Assembly (NCBI GenBank): GCA_012026655.1
Contig: JAAILG010000323.1
Coordinates: 1-64,000 of the forward strand
Length of the DNA: 64,000 nt
DNA from: Hydrolagus affinis
Taxonomy: Eukaryota
Reading direction: 5' to 3'
This document shows positions 14,001 through 26,000 of this stretch, piece after piece. The number at the start of each line of letters is the position of its first letter. Position 1 is the first letter of the stretch. The translations under genes were made by a program, and so were the position numbers. Under the pieces are notes generated by a model that had not been told where the DNA came from, did no database searches, and saw only the letters and a program-made list of their open reading frames with translations.

Positions 14001-17000
14001 AAAGTCTTGCAATAAGCCCAATTTACCCACTTCCAGAGCTAGTTTACTCTGATATAATTCAATCAAAGCACATTCATTAAATGCCGACCACTAGTTTTTC
14101 CTCGTATCTGTGTGTTAGGAGATGCAAGTCCACAAACTACATAAACGTGCAATTTAGCATGAACGCTTATTTACTGCTTTAGAAATATGCAAAACTAGTT
14201 TTTTTAAAAAGTATAATTAAGATTAAGGCACTGCCAATGTGTTTTGAGTGTTTCCAGTTTAAAACAACCACATAGTTGGGTCTGTCAGCACCACTCTCCT
14301 GTGCTAGAAATCTGTGCTGAGCTACAGATCTGAGCTCATGATTACTGGGTGAGTTATATTGCCACGTTACTAAGCAAATCTGCTGCACTGGCCCCTAGTG
14401 GCCTGGGTGCTCTCAGCCTTCCATCACACACTTGTANNNNNNNNNNNNNNNNNNNNNNNNNNNNNNNNNNNNNNNNNNNNNNNNNNNNNNNNNNNNNNNN
14501 NNNNNNNNNNNNNNNNNNNNNNNNNNNNNNNNNNNNCCCCCACCCCACCCTCACTGGCTTATCTTTATTAATGTGTAAGAGGTATATACTGCGTAGTGTT
14601 TCACAAACTGCATTGTCCATCAACAGGTGAGTATTTTTGTTATTTCAATAGAAGTCGGTATTTTCTGTTGATATTGTGCTTGGGTTGGTTTCTGCCTGCA
14701 GGTTAGCCTGTCTGTTCAGGCATATCTCAAACCAAAACGGAAGCATGAGCAATGGTTACATGTATGAAGTTTATGTTTTTCACCATATTGTACAGTTTTC
14801 AGTGACCGTCAACCAACCTCCGTGAAGTTGAGTGTTTTTACAAGGTAATTGAGTATCAAATATGAAATCTTCGCTCTCAGTGTGGAAATCTGTAGAAGTT
14901 TTTCCTTGTTATAGCTTGTAACCTGGGCAGAAGATTGATGAGCGGCCGAGGTTACAGCTCAGAATTTATTATATGACGTTTGGTTGGGACAGTGGGTGAA
15001 ATAACCAACTTTAGTTTCCAGCTACAAACCACCAAATCTGCTGATAAAATGTGATAGGCCTGCAGTGTTGAGGTCCTCTACTGTTAGGATTGAGAAATTG
15101 GTTGGCATAAAGCAGGAACATGCAAATGCTTCACTATTGAATTAATGTTCAAGGTCACTCCAGGTTCACCCTGACCGCTCCTCACGCAGAGAGTTCCCAA
15201 TCTCTGTTTAAATGTCTGGGGAGAAACAAGGTAATGGCATCACTTTAATGCAAAAAAGGAAGGGAAAGCGAAGTAGGCCAGTCAACCATTGTTCAGTACC
15301 TGGTTTGCTCCACTTGGCGAGTGGAGGTGGGTGGGGGGGTGGGTGCAGAGAGTCAGACTCAAGCGGCCGGGGGAAATTCATTTCTCCTCACCCTTCTCAA
15401 TCGCTGGCTTTCAAAGGTGAAATTGTAGACCTGAAAGAGAGAGCAAAAATCATTGTGGAGAATGTAGGAAGAACGTGACTAGATTTAGGAAGCCTCCTGT
15501 ATGTCAAGTGAACTCAGCCGCATTCTCTTCTGATAGAATCAGACTTGGGATCTGGGTTTGAATCTCAGTGGGTCGATTCGGCTCTTCATCCTATTGAGGT
15601 TGATGAAACGATCGGTGTGTTTAAAAATATCCTCCCCCAGGAGACATCCACTGCCCTTGAGTTGAAGGGTTTGGGTTCAAGTTTCATATCAGGACTTTGA
15701 GCTCATGGTCCAGGCTGACTTTGGGTGCAGTGTTGCATTGCCAGAGATATTGACTTTCAGATGAAATGTTAAACTGAGATACTATCTGCATGGTCAAATC
15801 GGTGGTTGTTAAAAAATCCCATGGAAACTATTCAAAACGATACATGAGGTTCTTCAGTTTATTGACCAGCAATCCGCCAGATAAAATTGGTCGTTTACTT
15901 TCATGTTTATTTGTGGGATATTATGGCAAATTGGCAGCCAAATGCATCTATAATTATAGTCACTTTACACAGAAAACTCTGGAGTGCTTTGGAACCGTTC
16001 AGTGTGATGGACACTAATTGTTTGGTGCATACACTTAATGGCTTATTTGCTACATTGTTATTCAGCTTTTGCTGATATTTAGCTCTGAAGCCAAACTTTG
16101 CTTTTTCTGGGTTTCTTTTTCCAAACTGAAAAGTCGGAATCTGGTTTAGCTGCTATATTTTTTCCCCACTTCAAAAGCCGTACAAATCATCATGTGTTGG
16201 ACCAGTCTAGTACGGATCCTAAAGAAACACTACCACCTGCAGGGCTTCTGTGGTCATTGACATCCTGTGAATTTGCCGCTGCTGCTGCTGTTGTAATGTG
16301 AACTAAGCTACAGAAAAGTCAAAGTAAGGACTTAAACGTTCGGAGATGCCTTCTGCAAAAAATAAGGAAATTAATCTGATTCATCGGAACAACAATGCAA
16401 GGGTGCATTTATATATTGTGATCTGTGTAAATGTTTTTATATTGTGGAAGGAGAAGAAAAGACTTCCTGGAGTTTTCAGACCAGCTCCATTCCTTGAATA
16501 GCTTGTTGTGCGAACTCTGCTCTTTACGTTGACTGTGGCAAGCCAGGAGTTTCTGTAGCGGCGGATAAAAAAAATCCATTTAACATGTAATTAGAACATG
16601 TATAGTTTTAGCAACTACTTTTGGAATGGTTCACTATGTTTGAATCGCTCTGAGACGCCGTCCGGTGTGGAGGGCGCTATATAAATCAAAGTTGTTGTTT
16701 GTTGTTAACCTTGCTTGTATGTTTTTTTGACTACCTGTCCTAAACGTTTTAGTCTGTAGCCTTTAAAGGTCCTGCAAGTTGTCTGTCAGTTTTATAAATA
16801 ACCAGTTTTTCTCTGTTGTAACAGTGAGTTGTTTGCTCCACTGTAGGCAAAGGGTAGCCATGTGTTGATGGTCCTAGCTTATGCTCTATCTTGCAGATAC
16901 AGTCTTCCAGAAATGAAGAGCAAAAGCAGCTGCACAAAGCACAATCACAGGATGAGCTGGGCAGGCCAGACACCGCACAGAAGAGCACAGCATCGGATGG

Positions 17001-20000
17001 CAGGTATGGAGGATAGGATTATTTATGGGGCAGGTATTCTACTCCACTTGCAAATATTTCAAGTAGACTGTGTAAGAAGAGATCAATTCCTGTGTTAGAA
17101 ATGAGTGGAACTAGCAATATTTTAGACAAGCATTGACAAATGTGCATGCTTGTGGGAACAATGTGTTTTAATCTCCTTGCATGACCTCCCCACATTCCTT
17201 GCGATCTGCAGTATTTATTCGCAATGGCTGTGCTTCTTCTTCGTCCCAGAATGAGAGGGGGGCAATATTCAGCGTGATATATATTCAGCCATTGAGAAGC
17301 AATCAATCCCAATGTTAAAAGTGAGTGGAACTAACCATATTTTAGACAAGCGTTGAAAAATGACCATGCTTTGTGGGATTTTCTACCATTCATGCAATAC
17401 CTGCACAGTGGGAATTCTGTTCTGTTTCAAAGAGGATTCAGAACATTAGTTCAAGACAGTTTGAAAAACATATGAACTCAACTATGCTGAAGCAGCAAGG
17501 TGTGGTATGTGTCGGGTCACTAAGTACTCAGCCTTTCCACTCATTCACTTTCCGCTGCTGCTCATGCGTGGTAACTACAGTGATCCAGGAGCTGCTGCCT
17601 TGAAATTAACCATTCGAATTTGCACCCATAGGGTGAAGGGGCGGATGAGATTCTGGGGGAACAGAAAACAAGGTGAGAAGAAGGTGTCGCGAGAGAAGCT
17701 GGCAACTCAGTCAGAGATTCAGGAGCTGAGTTTGGAACAAGAACGTTCGAGCACACACTGGAGGAAGGAGCTTAAGCCCAGTGAGACCTCTGTGAGCCTG
17801 CAGCTGCCAGAGATGCGGGAGAACGTAGGTAAAGGTAAGAGCGTGCATCTTCAATCATTAGTCCACGGGGGGTGGGAGGGTGGAAGTGCAAGACTAAAAA
17901 TAACAACCGCTTGCACTTTACTTTCATTGGATTGAGAGGCTGAGATGGTTTAAATTAACAAACCCACCAATCTTCTCCCGTTCTGGCTAAATGTTTCAGA
18001 AGATCCAGTGTGTGCATAACCGTGGTATAAACAGCCCGGGTGGATACACAGTTTCAGCACTCAGCCCACAATTTGTCCACCATAAGAGTTTGCAACCCTG
18101 TCTGTCTGACTTGTGTGTCATATATACAGTCCTCTAAAATGTCAGCTTAATGTAAAATATAGATCATTAATGCACAACTAAAAGGTTGGCTGATGGGACC
18201 TCGGTGTAATGTTTTTTCTGATTGACAGTCCAGTGCTGCACTAAAGCATTAGCCTTGATTTTGAAGTCAGATTCCAATTTGTGACTTAAACTCATAATCT
18301 TCCGACCCAGACCGTGTGCTACCAACCCAACCAGGTTGAAAACATGCACAGTTAGTTACACTGACATTCTGGAGTTTGCATCCCAACTGGACTAATCCCT
18401 GGTGTGAAATGGTGCTAAACATGAAAGGGTTTCAGATACAACTGAGAAAGGCAAAATTACTTATTGAATTCTGGTGTCATCCATCAGGTTACGATCCTGT
18501 TCAGCACAGCCTGACCCCTCCCAGGAGTCCTGACCTTGGACTGGAGCGGGGAAAAGAGTTCAAGGAGAACAAGGAGCCATCGCCAAAGGTGCGGAGGAGG
18601 AGAAGTGTGAAGATTAGTAACGTGGGGCTGGAACCTATACATTGGCAGCACGATGCACTGCAGATCATCACAAGTGCAAACGATTTCAAAAGCATGAATG
18701 AATTTCTGCAAAAGAAGGTGGGTGCCGCTGCTATAACATTCAGTGTGCCTTTGCTCAGTGCTTCATGGGGACGCTATCTTTGCCTTGTTTCCAAGGTATC
18801 CAATTAAATTATGCTCTTTCCTCTAGCCTCAGTCTCCAGCATTCACCACACACTTTGTTTTTAAAATTGATTTTAAAGGAAATTTATTGAATTGAATTTT
18901 GGCCAGTATTGAATTTTGCCTCACGGCAAATGTTCTAGGATTAGGTCATTACTTTGAGTTGTTCTTTGAGACTTAGTGCGTCTGTGACATGAGCTTGTCT
19001 GCAACCCATTGGCTGGTTTCCAAATGCAAATTACGTTACCTGTTTTCATGACAATAAGAAAAGGCTTCACCCAATAACAAGGTGCTGGTGACTCCTTGTT
19101 TTCCGAAAAGGTGGAATTTGTCAGCGTGGTAGTCGTTCGTCAATCTATTTCCATTCTTTTGCTTGGCCCCTCCTAGATCACTGACCTGGAAACAGACGAC
19201 TGCAAGAAAGATACCTTTGTGGATGTTGTCTTTAAGAAATCACTCAAGGAATTTCGCCTGAATATCTTCAACTCCTACTCAACGGCTTTAGCGGTGAGCA
19301 GCCGTTCTCGCCAGCTCCTCTATGGCATGTGTCATGATATATTCCGTCCAATTTAGGATTCAAGGATTCCTGAGTTCATGTTTGGTTTGATTTTAAACCA
19401 TCCAACTTTGTGAGAAAAATCGATGAGCTGTAATTTAACTACAAGGTTCTGTCTTCTTGGGCTCGTTTGTTCCAACACCATTTGGATCTTTTTGCAGATG
19501 GATGACGGGAAAAGCATTCGTTACAAAGATCTGTACGCGCTGTTTGAGCAGATTCTGGAGAAGACCATGAGACAGGAGCGGCGAGGCTGGAACGAGTCGC
19601 CTGTCAAAGTGTGGGTCAACACCTTCAAGGTGTTCCTGGATGAGTTCATGACTGAGTACAAAACTCTGGAGAATAGCACAGGAAAGGTGAAGAGATGAGA
19701 GTGGCTCCTCTGAATCGACTGAAACTAATGGTTTTTATTCAGTTTATCAGGGACTGAATGGTGGTGGTTCTAAATTGGCACTTGGCAAGTGAAGATCTAT
19801 GTCTGGATGATGCATAGTGACATTATGAATACTGATGTTATTGATGTCTCGCTGTGTAAAACAGAGTCACTTTGTATTGTAGTATACTGTGCAACAATAG
19901 CATTGTGTCCACTGTACATATCACCGCATTGTGTATAACATGCAAGGTGCTATATATAATGCAAGTTGTTGTTCTGCAGGTACCAAAAGTGGAAAGAAAG

Positions 20001-23000
20001 AAGAGACGGAAAAAAGAAAGTGACATCGTAAGTAACTGAGCATTATCTTTGCTCCATCCTCCCCCCGAGGCAGTAACTCGTGTCATTCCATGGATTCTGG
20101 TGGACCTTGCAGCATAAAAGCTGAACAAACATTTGAGCAGGAACTGTAACATTGTCATTTCCTAACATTCATTTCCAATAGAAACATCGAATGTTGCATC
20201 TGAGAAACAGGACAATTAGCACACTTTCTCCACTTATTCCCCCCTCAGCCATTGCTGCAGTGGATTAGCTGCCAGATTTACCTGCTTAACATCTCTATTT
20301 ACCCTGATTCAGTAAAAGCGGCTTTGAGATGTTTCTTTTTTCTGAAAATTGCCCAAAAATGTTAAATGGCAGTCATTGTTTTTGGTGTAACGTTGCCTCA
20401 ATCCCTCTCCCTTGACCCCTACTTGTCTGTCTTCAAATCACACCTGAAAATCTTCCTCTTCAAGTGTGCCTACAGTCAACTCCCCTCTCTCCCTGGCTCA
20501 GCGTCAGGCTCCGCCACTGTTAAGGATTCCGAGAAACTATCCCCATGAGTTGTTAAATAAATGAAATTTGTTGTTGTTGATTACCTATCTACGTGTAATG
20601 AGCTGAGAATGTTTAATTCCAGGTGGAAGAATATAATGGCCATGTATTCAAATCAACACAATACAGTATCCCCACCTACTGCGAGTGCTGCTCCTCCCTC
20701 ATCTGGATAATGGACAGAGCTTACGTCTGCAAGTGTAAGTGTATCTTCATGTGTTGTGGGTTCCATGTGAATGCATGTGGAGTAGTTGCCTCAGTTTATC
20801 AGATAACTTCCCCCATCTCTCTCCCACCCGCCCTTTGTAAATGGATACCTCTACCAAGTAGAAGAGTAGTCCGTTGTCTCGCCTATCAGGTCCTTTCATT
20901 ATTTGAAACACCTCAATGAATTGCCCCTTAATTTCCGCTGCTCTTAAGGAATACAAGTACAGTCTACTAAACTCTCATCGTAGCAAAGACCAAGCAGAAG
21001 TCTAATGAACTGTTGCTGGTCACCCTCCAAAGGCTAGCGTGTCATTCCTAAGATTAGGTCGTAGGACCAACACCCCAGTGTCAAGATGTCACAGTTATCT
21101 AAAGGTAATTTGTAACTCGGACTTAAAGTATATGAAAACAACATTAATAGATAGCTGACCTCTTGGGTTGAAAGCTGATACAATGCAGCTTGCTGACTCC
21201 AATGCTCTCTCTTTCAGTGTGCCGGTATGCCTGCCACAGAAAATGCTGCTTAAAAACTACCATCAAATGCTCTAAAAAGGTAGGTGGTCTTGCACCAACA
21301 TGGGTATAATTGCATGTCGTGTTGAACAAGTAGCATTTGTTTTTGTTCTGACTTCATCAGCTGTGTTCACTGAGGCTTCAAACTTTAGTTGTCTGATTTT
21401 TGCAACGGTAACCAAAACTTCCATTTTGAGGAGGTTTGTAGAAGTCCAGGGTATTGTCTCCTTACTTTTTTTTGGCCAGACCCACAATGTAAATGTGTTG
21501 TAACTAGAGGTGTAAATAGCAGCTGTATCTTTGGTGCAGAATTCAGGCTTCAATCCTCACCCATTAGAATTTCCATGTTTCTGTGGAATTGAAGTCCAAG
21601 AACCACATTGTGAGATCACTTAACACAGTCATAAAATTGGTAAAATAATTTACTCAAAAGGTGTGTGTAAATTATTCAACAATCCAAAATACAAAGAATA
21701 CAGATAAGGCCAGTCTGTAACACTGTCAAGTGCTGTCTAACTGATGGCACCAGTAATTGCTCAATTAGTTTTCAGTCTGAATAATGTAGTGTCTTCTCGC
21801 AGTGTAAACTGCCAAATCTGTGTGAAGCTATAATTGATGCTCAGGGCACTACAAGAGTGATGTGCATGTTTGCGTTTGGTACTGAAAATACATTCCTTTC
21901 TGATTAAAATGCACAGCATGGAGACCAAAATTGTGTTTGCTCTTGCACCATGCACTATAGCAGGAAACAACTCTCCCCGTGTGCCTGCTTTTCCTTTGTA
22001 AGGCGGAGTATGTGATAAGCAGTTTTTCCTATACGCCCAATGCTCACATTTCTTCCAATTGTTAATTGTGGAATGTCAAAAGGCTGATAATGCTTCCAAC
22101 TGGGACATTGTGAGATAGTGATTAGGAACAGGAGCAAAGTAGAATTTAAGTGAATTCTATAGGCTTTCATACTCAGGGTATAACACGTACTGCAGCATGT
22201 TACAGACTGAAGAGTTTGGTAAAAAAGTGGAAACTATGGTTTTATGTGGTCGCTGAGACCATGGAAACTGATGTTCCTCATTCACATTGCTGTGTGAATA
22301 TTGTGATGATGCTGAGATGTGGAAAATACATTAACCACCATTAGAAATGTTATGAGGATTTCTGTTGGCCAAACAACATTTATAAAAGGAAGCGAGCAGA
22401 TGTACCTGAAAGGCTTTATTCTCTTTTTCTTTGCAATTCCACAACTGCTATGTGGAATTTCAGCGCCTTGGGACGTCCTCCCGACGTGAAAGGCGCTTTA
22501 TAAGTTTAAGTTGTTGTTGTTATTGCACAGATCGGAATGAACTTTTATTGTGTTCATACATGTGCAATCATCTTGACATCTTGGTGAAAGCAGTATCAAT
22601 GTAGCAATAACAACAAATTACAGTCACTCGGCGCCTTTCATGTCGGAGTGACGTCCAAGGTGCTGGACAGTCAGGGATTTGGACCCGAGCTGAGGGTTGT
22701 GATCAGGAGGGGTGGAGGACAGAGAGCGAGGGGATAGGAGGGTACGGTCAAAGAGTAGGGCCTTGACATGAGCCTTGAAGGAGGCAAGAGATTTTTTGCA
22801 TCCTGATAGGGTCCTATTCTTGGCCAGTGAATTAATCCAGACTGATTGTCTTTCCAGTCCCTTCATAGTCACTCATTCTTCTGGTTGCTCTGCAGTACGA
22901 TCCAGAGCTCTCATCCCGACATTTTGGGGTTGAAGTTTCCCGACTGACTAACGACGAGAGGACGATACCTCTGGTGGCAGAGAAACTGATCAATTACATC

Positions 23001-26000
23001 GAGATGCACGGCCTTTACACAGAAGGGATCTACAGGAAATCGGGGTCAACCAACAAAATCAAGGAGCTGAAGCAAGGTCTGGATACAGGTAAGCCCTGGT
23101 CGGCAAGGCCACAATGCAGACCATCAACAACAGCAACAAAATTACATCTGTAAAGCGCCTTTCACATCGGGAGGACGTCCCAAGGCGCTGCACACGCGGA
23201 CACAGACATGGGTAGGCCGGTTTTACAAATGATGGTTGTCCCCATGCACGATGGCAAGCATCGATTTACAGAAACCCAGTGAACGCGGCTCAGGGACTGT
23301 GTTCCCTGAGAAACGAAATCCCATATTCAATTTGGGAGTAAGCACTCCCATGTAAGAAGGTAGCAATAACGGTATGTCCTGGACTGACCAATGATTCTCT
23401 CTGTAGATATCAACAGCATGAACCTGGACGAGTATAGCATCCACGTGATCGCCAGTGTTTTCAAGCACTGGCTCAGGGATCTGCCGAACCCTTTGATGAC
23501 TTTCGAGCTCTATGACGAGTGCCTCCGAGCCATGGGTAAGCAGTGAGTTCCCACAGAGAGTTTTTTTTTCCACATCTGAGCTCGCCACAACTATTCCAAA
23601 TGTTAGAAGAGATTAACCCGTCATTTTCCTTCCCCCGTGCTTGATTGTTGCTCACTACTGCGCCTTCATTACCGGTGAATTGTTCTGTCGTGATGAGGAC
23701 TGCACGGCAGCATTCACTGAGAATGAGCGGGATTCACGGCAATGTGCGTGTGATGTGGCTTCCAGCAAGGTTAAATAAAATCCTCTTGGAATATTGCAGG
23801 CCTGCAGGACAGAAAGGAAATCCTTCGGGGAGTCTATTCTATCATTGATCAGCTGTCACGATCCCACCTCAGTACACTGGAGCGGCTAATCTTTCATCTC
23901 GTCAGGTAATTGGCTAATATTATTCAATGGGGGTTCAGATGAGCATCACTTTACCTTACGAGTCCTCAACTGAAGTACAGCCTTTACAGGAGTGTCTGTT
24001 GTAGCTTCAAGAGGTGACAGCAACAAGGTTTACCTCCCATCGCAAAACCATAAGCAAGTTTCCTTACTCCATAATAATCCGTCCAAAAAGAACCACAATA
24101 ATAAAAATTTGTCATTTCAACCCATGACTGTTTGTGGGACACTGCTGCTGTGCTGCTGTGTGCAATTGGCTGCCGCGTTTGGCCCCCAAATATACAGTCA
24201 ATTCATTTTACAGTATACAACAACAACAAAATTGCACTTATATAGCTGAACAGTCTGGTCGGGACCTGAGCAGGGGGGGATGGGGGAGGGTCGAAGTAGG
24301 GGGAAGGGGAAGGAGAGTGGGAGAGGGGGAAGTGTTAGTGGGGCAGCCGAAGGCGTGGTCGAAGAGGAAGATCTTGAGACCGGCCTTGAAGAAGGAAAGG
24401 AAGGAAGCAAGGCGGAGGGCCTGCGAGATGGAGTTCTACTGTGTGGGAGCAGAGAAGCTGAAAGCCCGGCCACTGATGGTTGGGCGGTTAGGGCGATGGA
24501 CGCGGAGCATGCCTGAGTCTGCTGAACGGAGGGTGCGGGCAGGCTGGTAGGGAGACAGTAGGTCAGAGACATAGGCAGGGGCAAGGCTGTGAATGTTCTT
24601 GCCATTCATGGCGTATATTCCGTGAAGCGCTTTGAGACGTCAATAAGATGTAAAAAGCGATATATCAAAATGCATGGATGATTAATCCCCCAATCCCTCC
24701 GCCTTGTTTCCTCCCCTTCCTCTTTCAAGGCCGGTTTGAAGACTTTCCTCTTTGACTGTGCCTTTTGTTCCCCCTCGAACTTTTCGACCTCCCCTACGTG
24801 TTTCACCCCTTCCCGAACACACACCTCCTGTGCAGCGCCTTGGGACATCCTCCCGACATGAAAGGCACTTTATAAGTTAAAATTGTTGTTGTTGTTGATG
24901 ATTATTATTGCACAGAACCAATATTTTACCACTAAATGCCACTGGGATGTTGACACGTTTCCACTGTAGCAACCTCACAGTAAAATCCTGTTGGTCTGAG
25001 CACGAGTTTATCCAAAATATTGGATATTTTGTTCTTTTGCTAATTTTCATAACTTTTCTTTACTGATTCCATTTTCCAGAATCGCACTACAGGAGGATAC
25101 CAACCGGATGTCCTCGAATGCCCTGGCGATAGTCTTCGCTCCGTGTATTCTTCGATGTCCGGACACCACCGATCCGCTGCAGAGTGTTCAAGATATTTCA
25201 AAGACAACTGCGTGAGAATATTTTCAATCCTTGTACAGTTTCGATTTGTTTAGACAAGAGCTGTGATCAGTCAGAGCTGTACTCTTTACAACAGCCTTGT
25301 GCAATCTTTAGGCAGATTTAGCCTGGGTTTAATGATTTATTTGAAGGGATATTCAAGAAGAACGAGTTGGAGAAAGCATCTAAAAGGAAGGGGTGAAGAA
25401 ACCTAGAAAGACATGGGACCCGGCTATGGTTTGTTCACCCTCTGTTTGTGCTGGTTCTTGGTCCCATCAGATGTTTCTCTTTTCAGGTGTGTGGAATTGA
25501 TTATTGTGGAGCAAATGAACAAGTATCGAGCCAGATTAAAGGACATCAACAGCCTGGAGTTTGCCGAGAATAAAGCCAAGAACAGACTGTCATTGATTCG
25601 TCGCTCAATTGTAAGAGTTTTGTACTTGCAGGACATCAGCCTTTTATTCGGGTTTTATTCTGTGTTTCCCGATGAAAGGTGTCCTACTGTGTGTGAGGTG
25701 GTACCTGTTCTAGTATGGCAGACGATGTTACCATTTGTCTTTACACATGAGCTGGTGGTGGCGTTTTATTTGCTTCATATACAGATTGTCTGCACAGTTC
25801 AACATGTGTCTTATCACTGCTCAGTGGGGTTTTTGTACCGTGTGATTCACTGTTTACATCGGCCACAGTGTTTGGAACCATGAGTGTTGGTTGATGTGTC
25901 TGGTACATGCAAAGGCAGCTTTTGTGGTATCCGTGTGCTTGTTTTGTCACAGTGCAGTGATGTGCAGTTGAGGTGATGCGTTTCTGTGCTCACATTCTGT

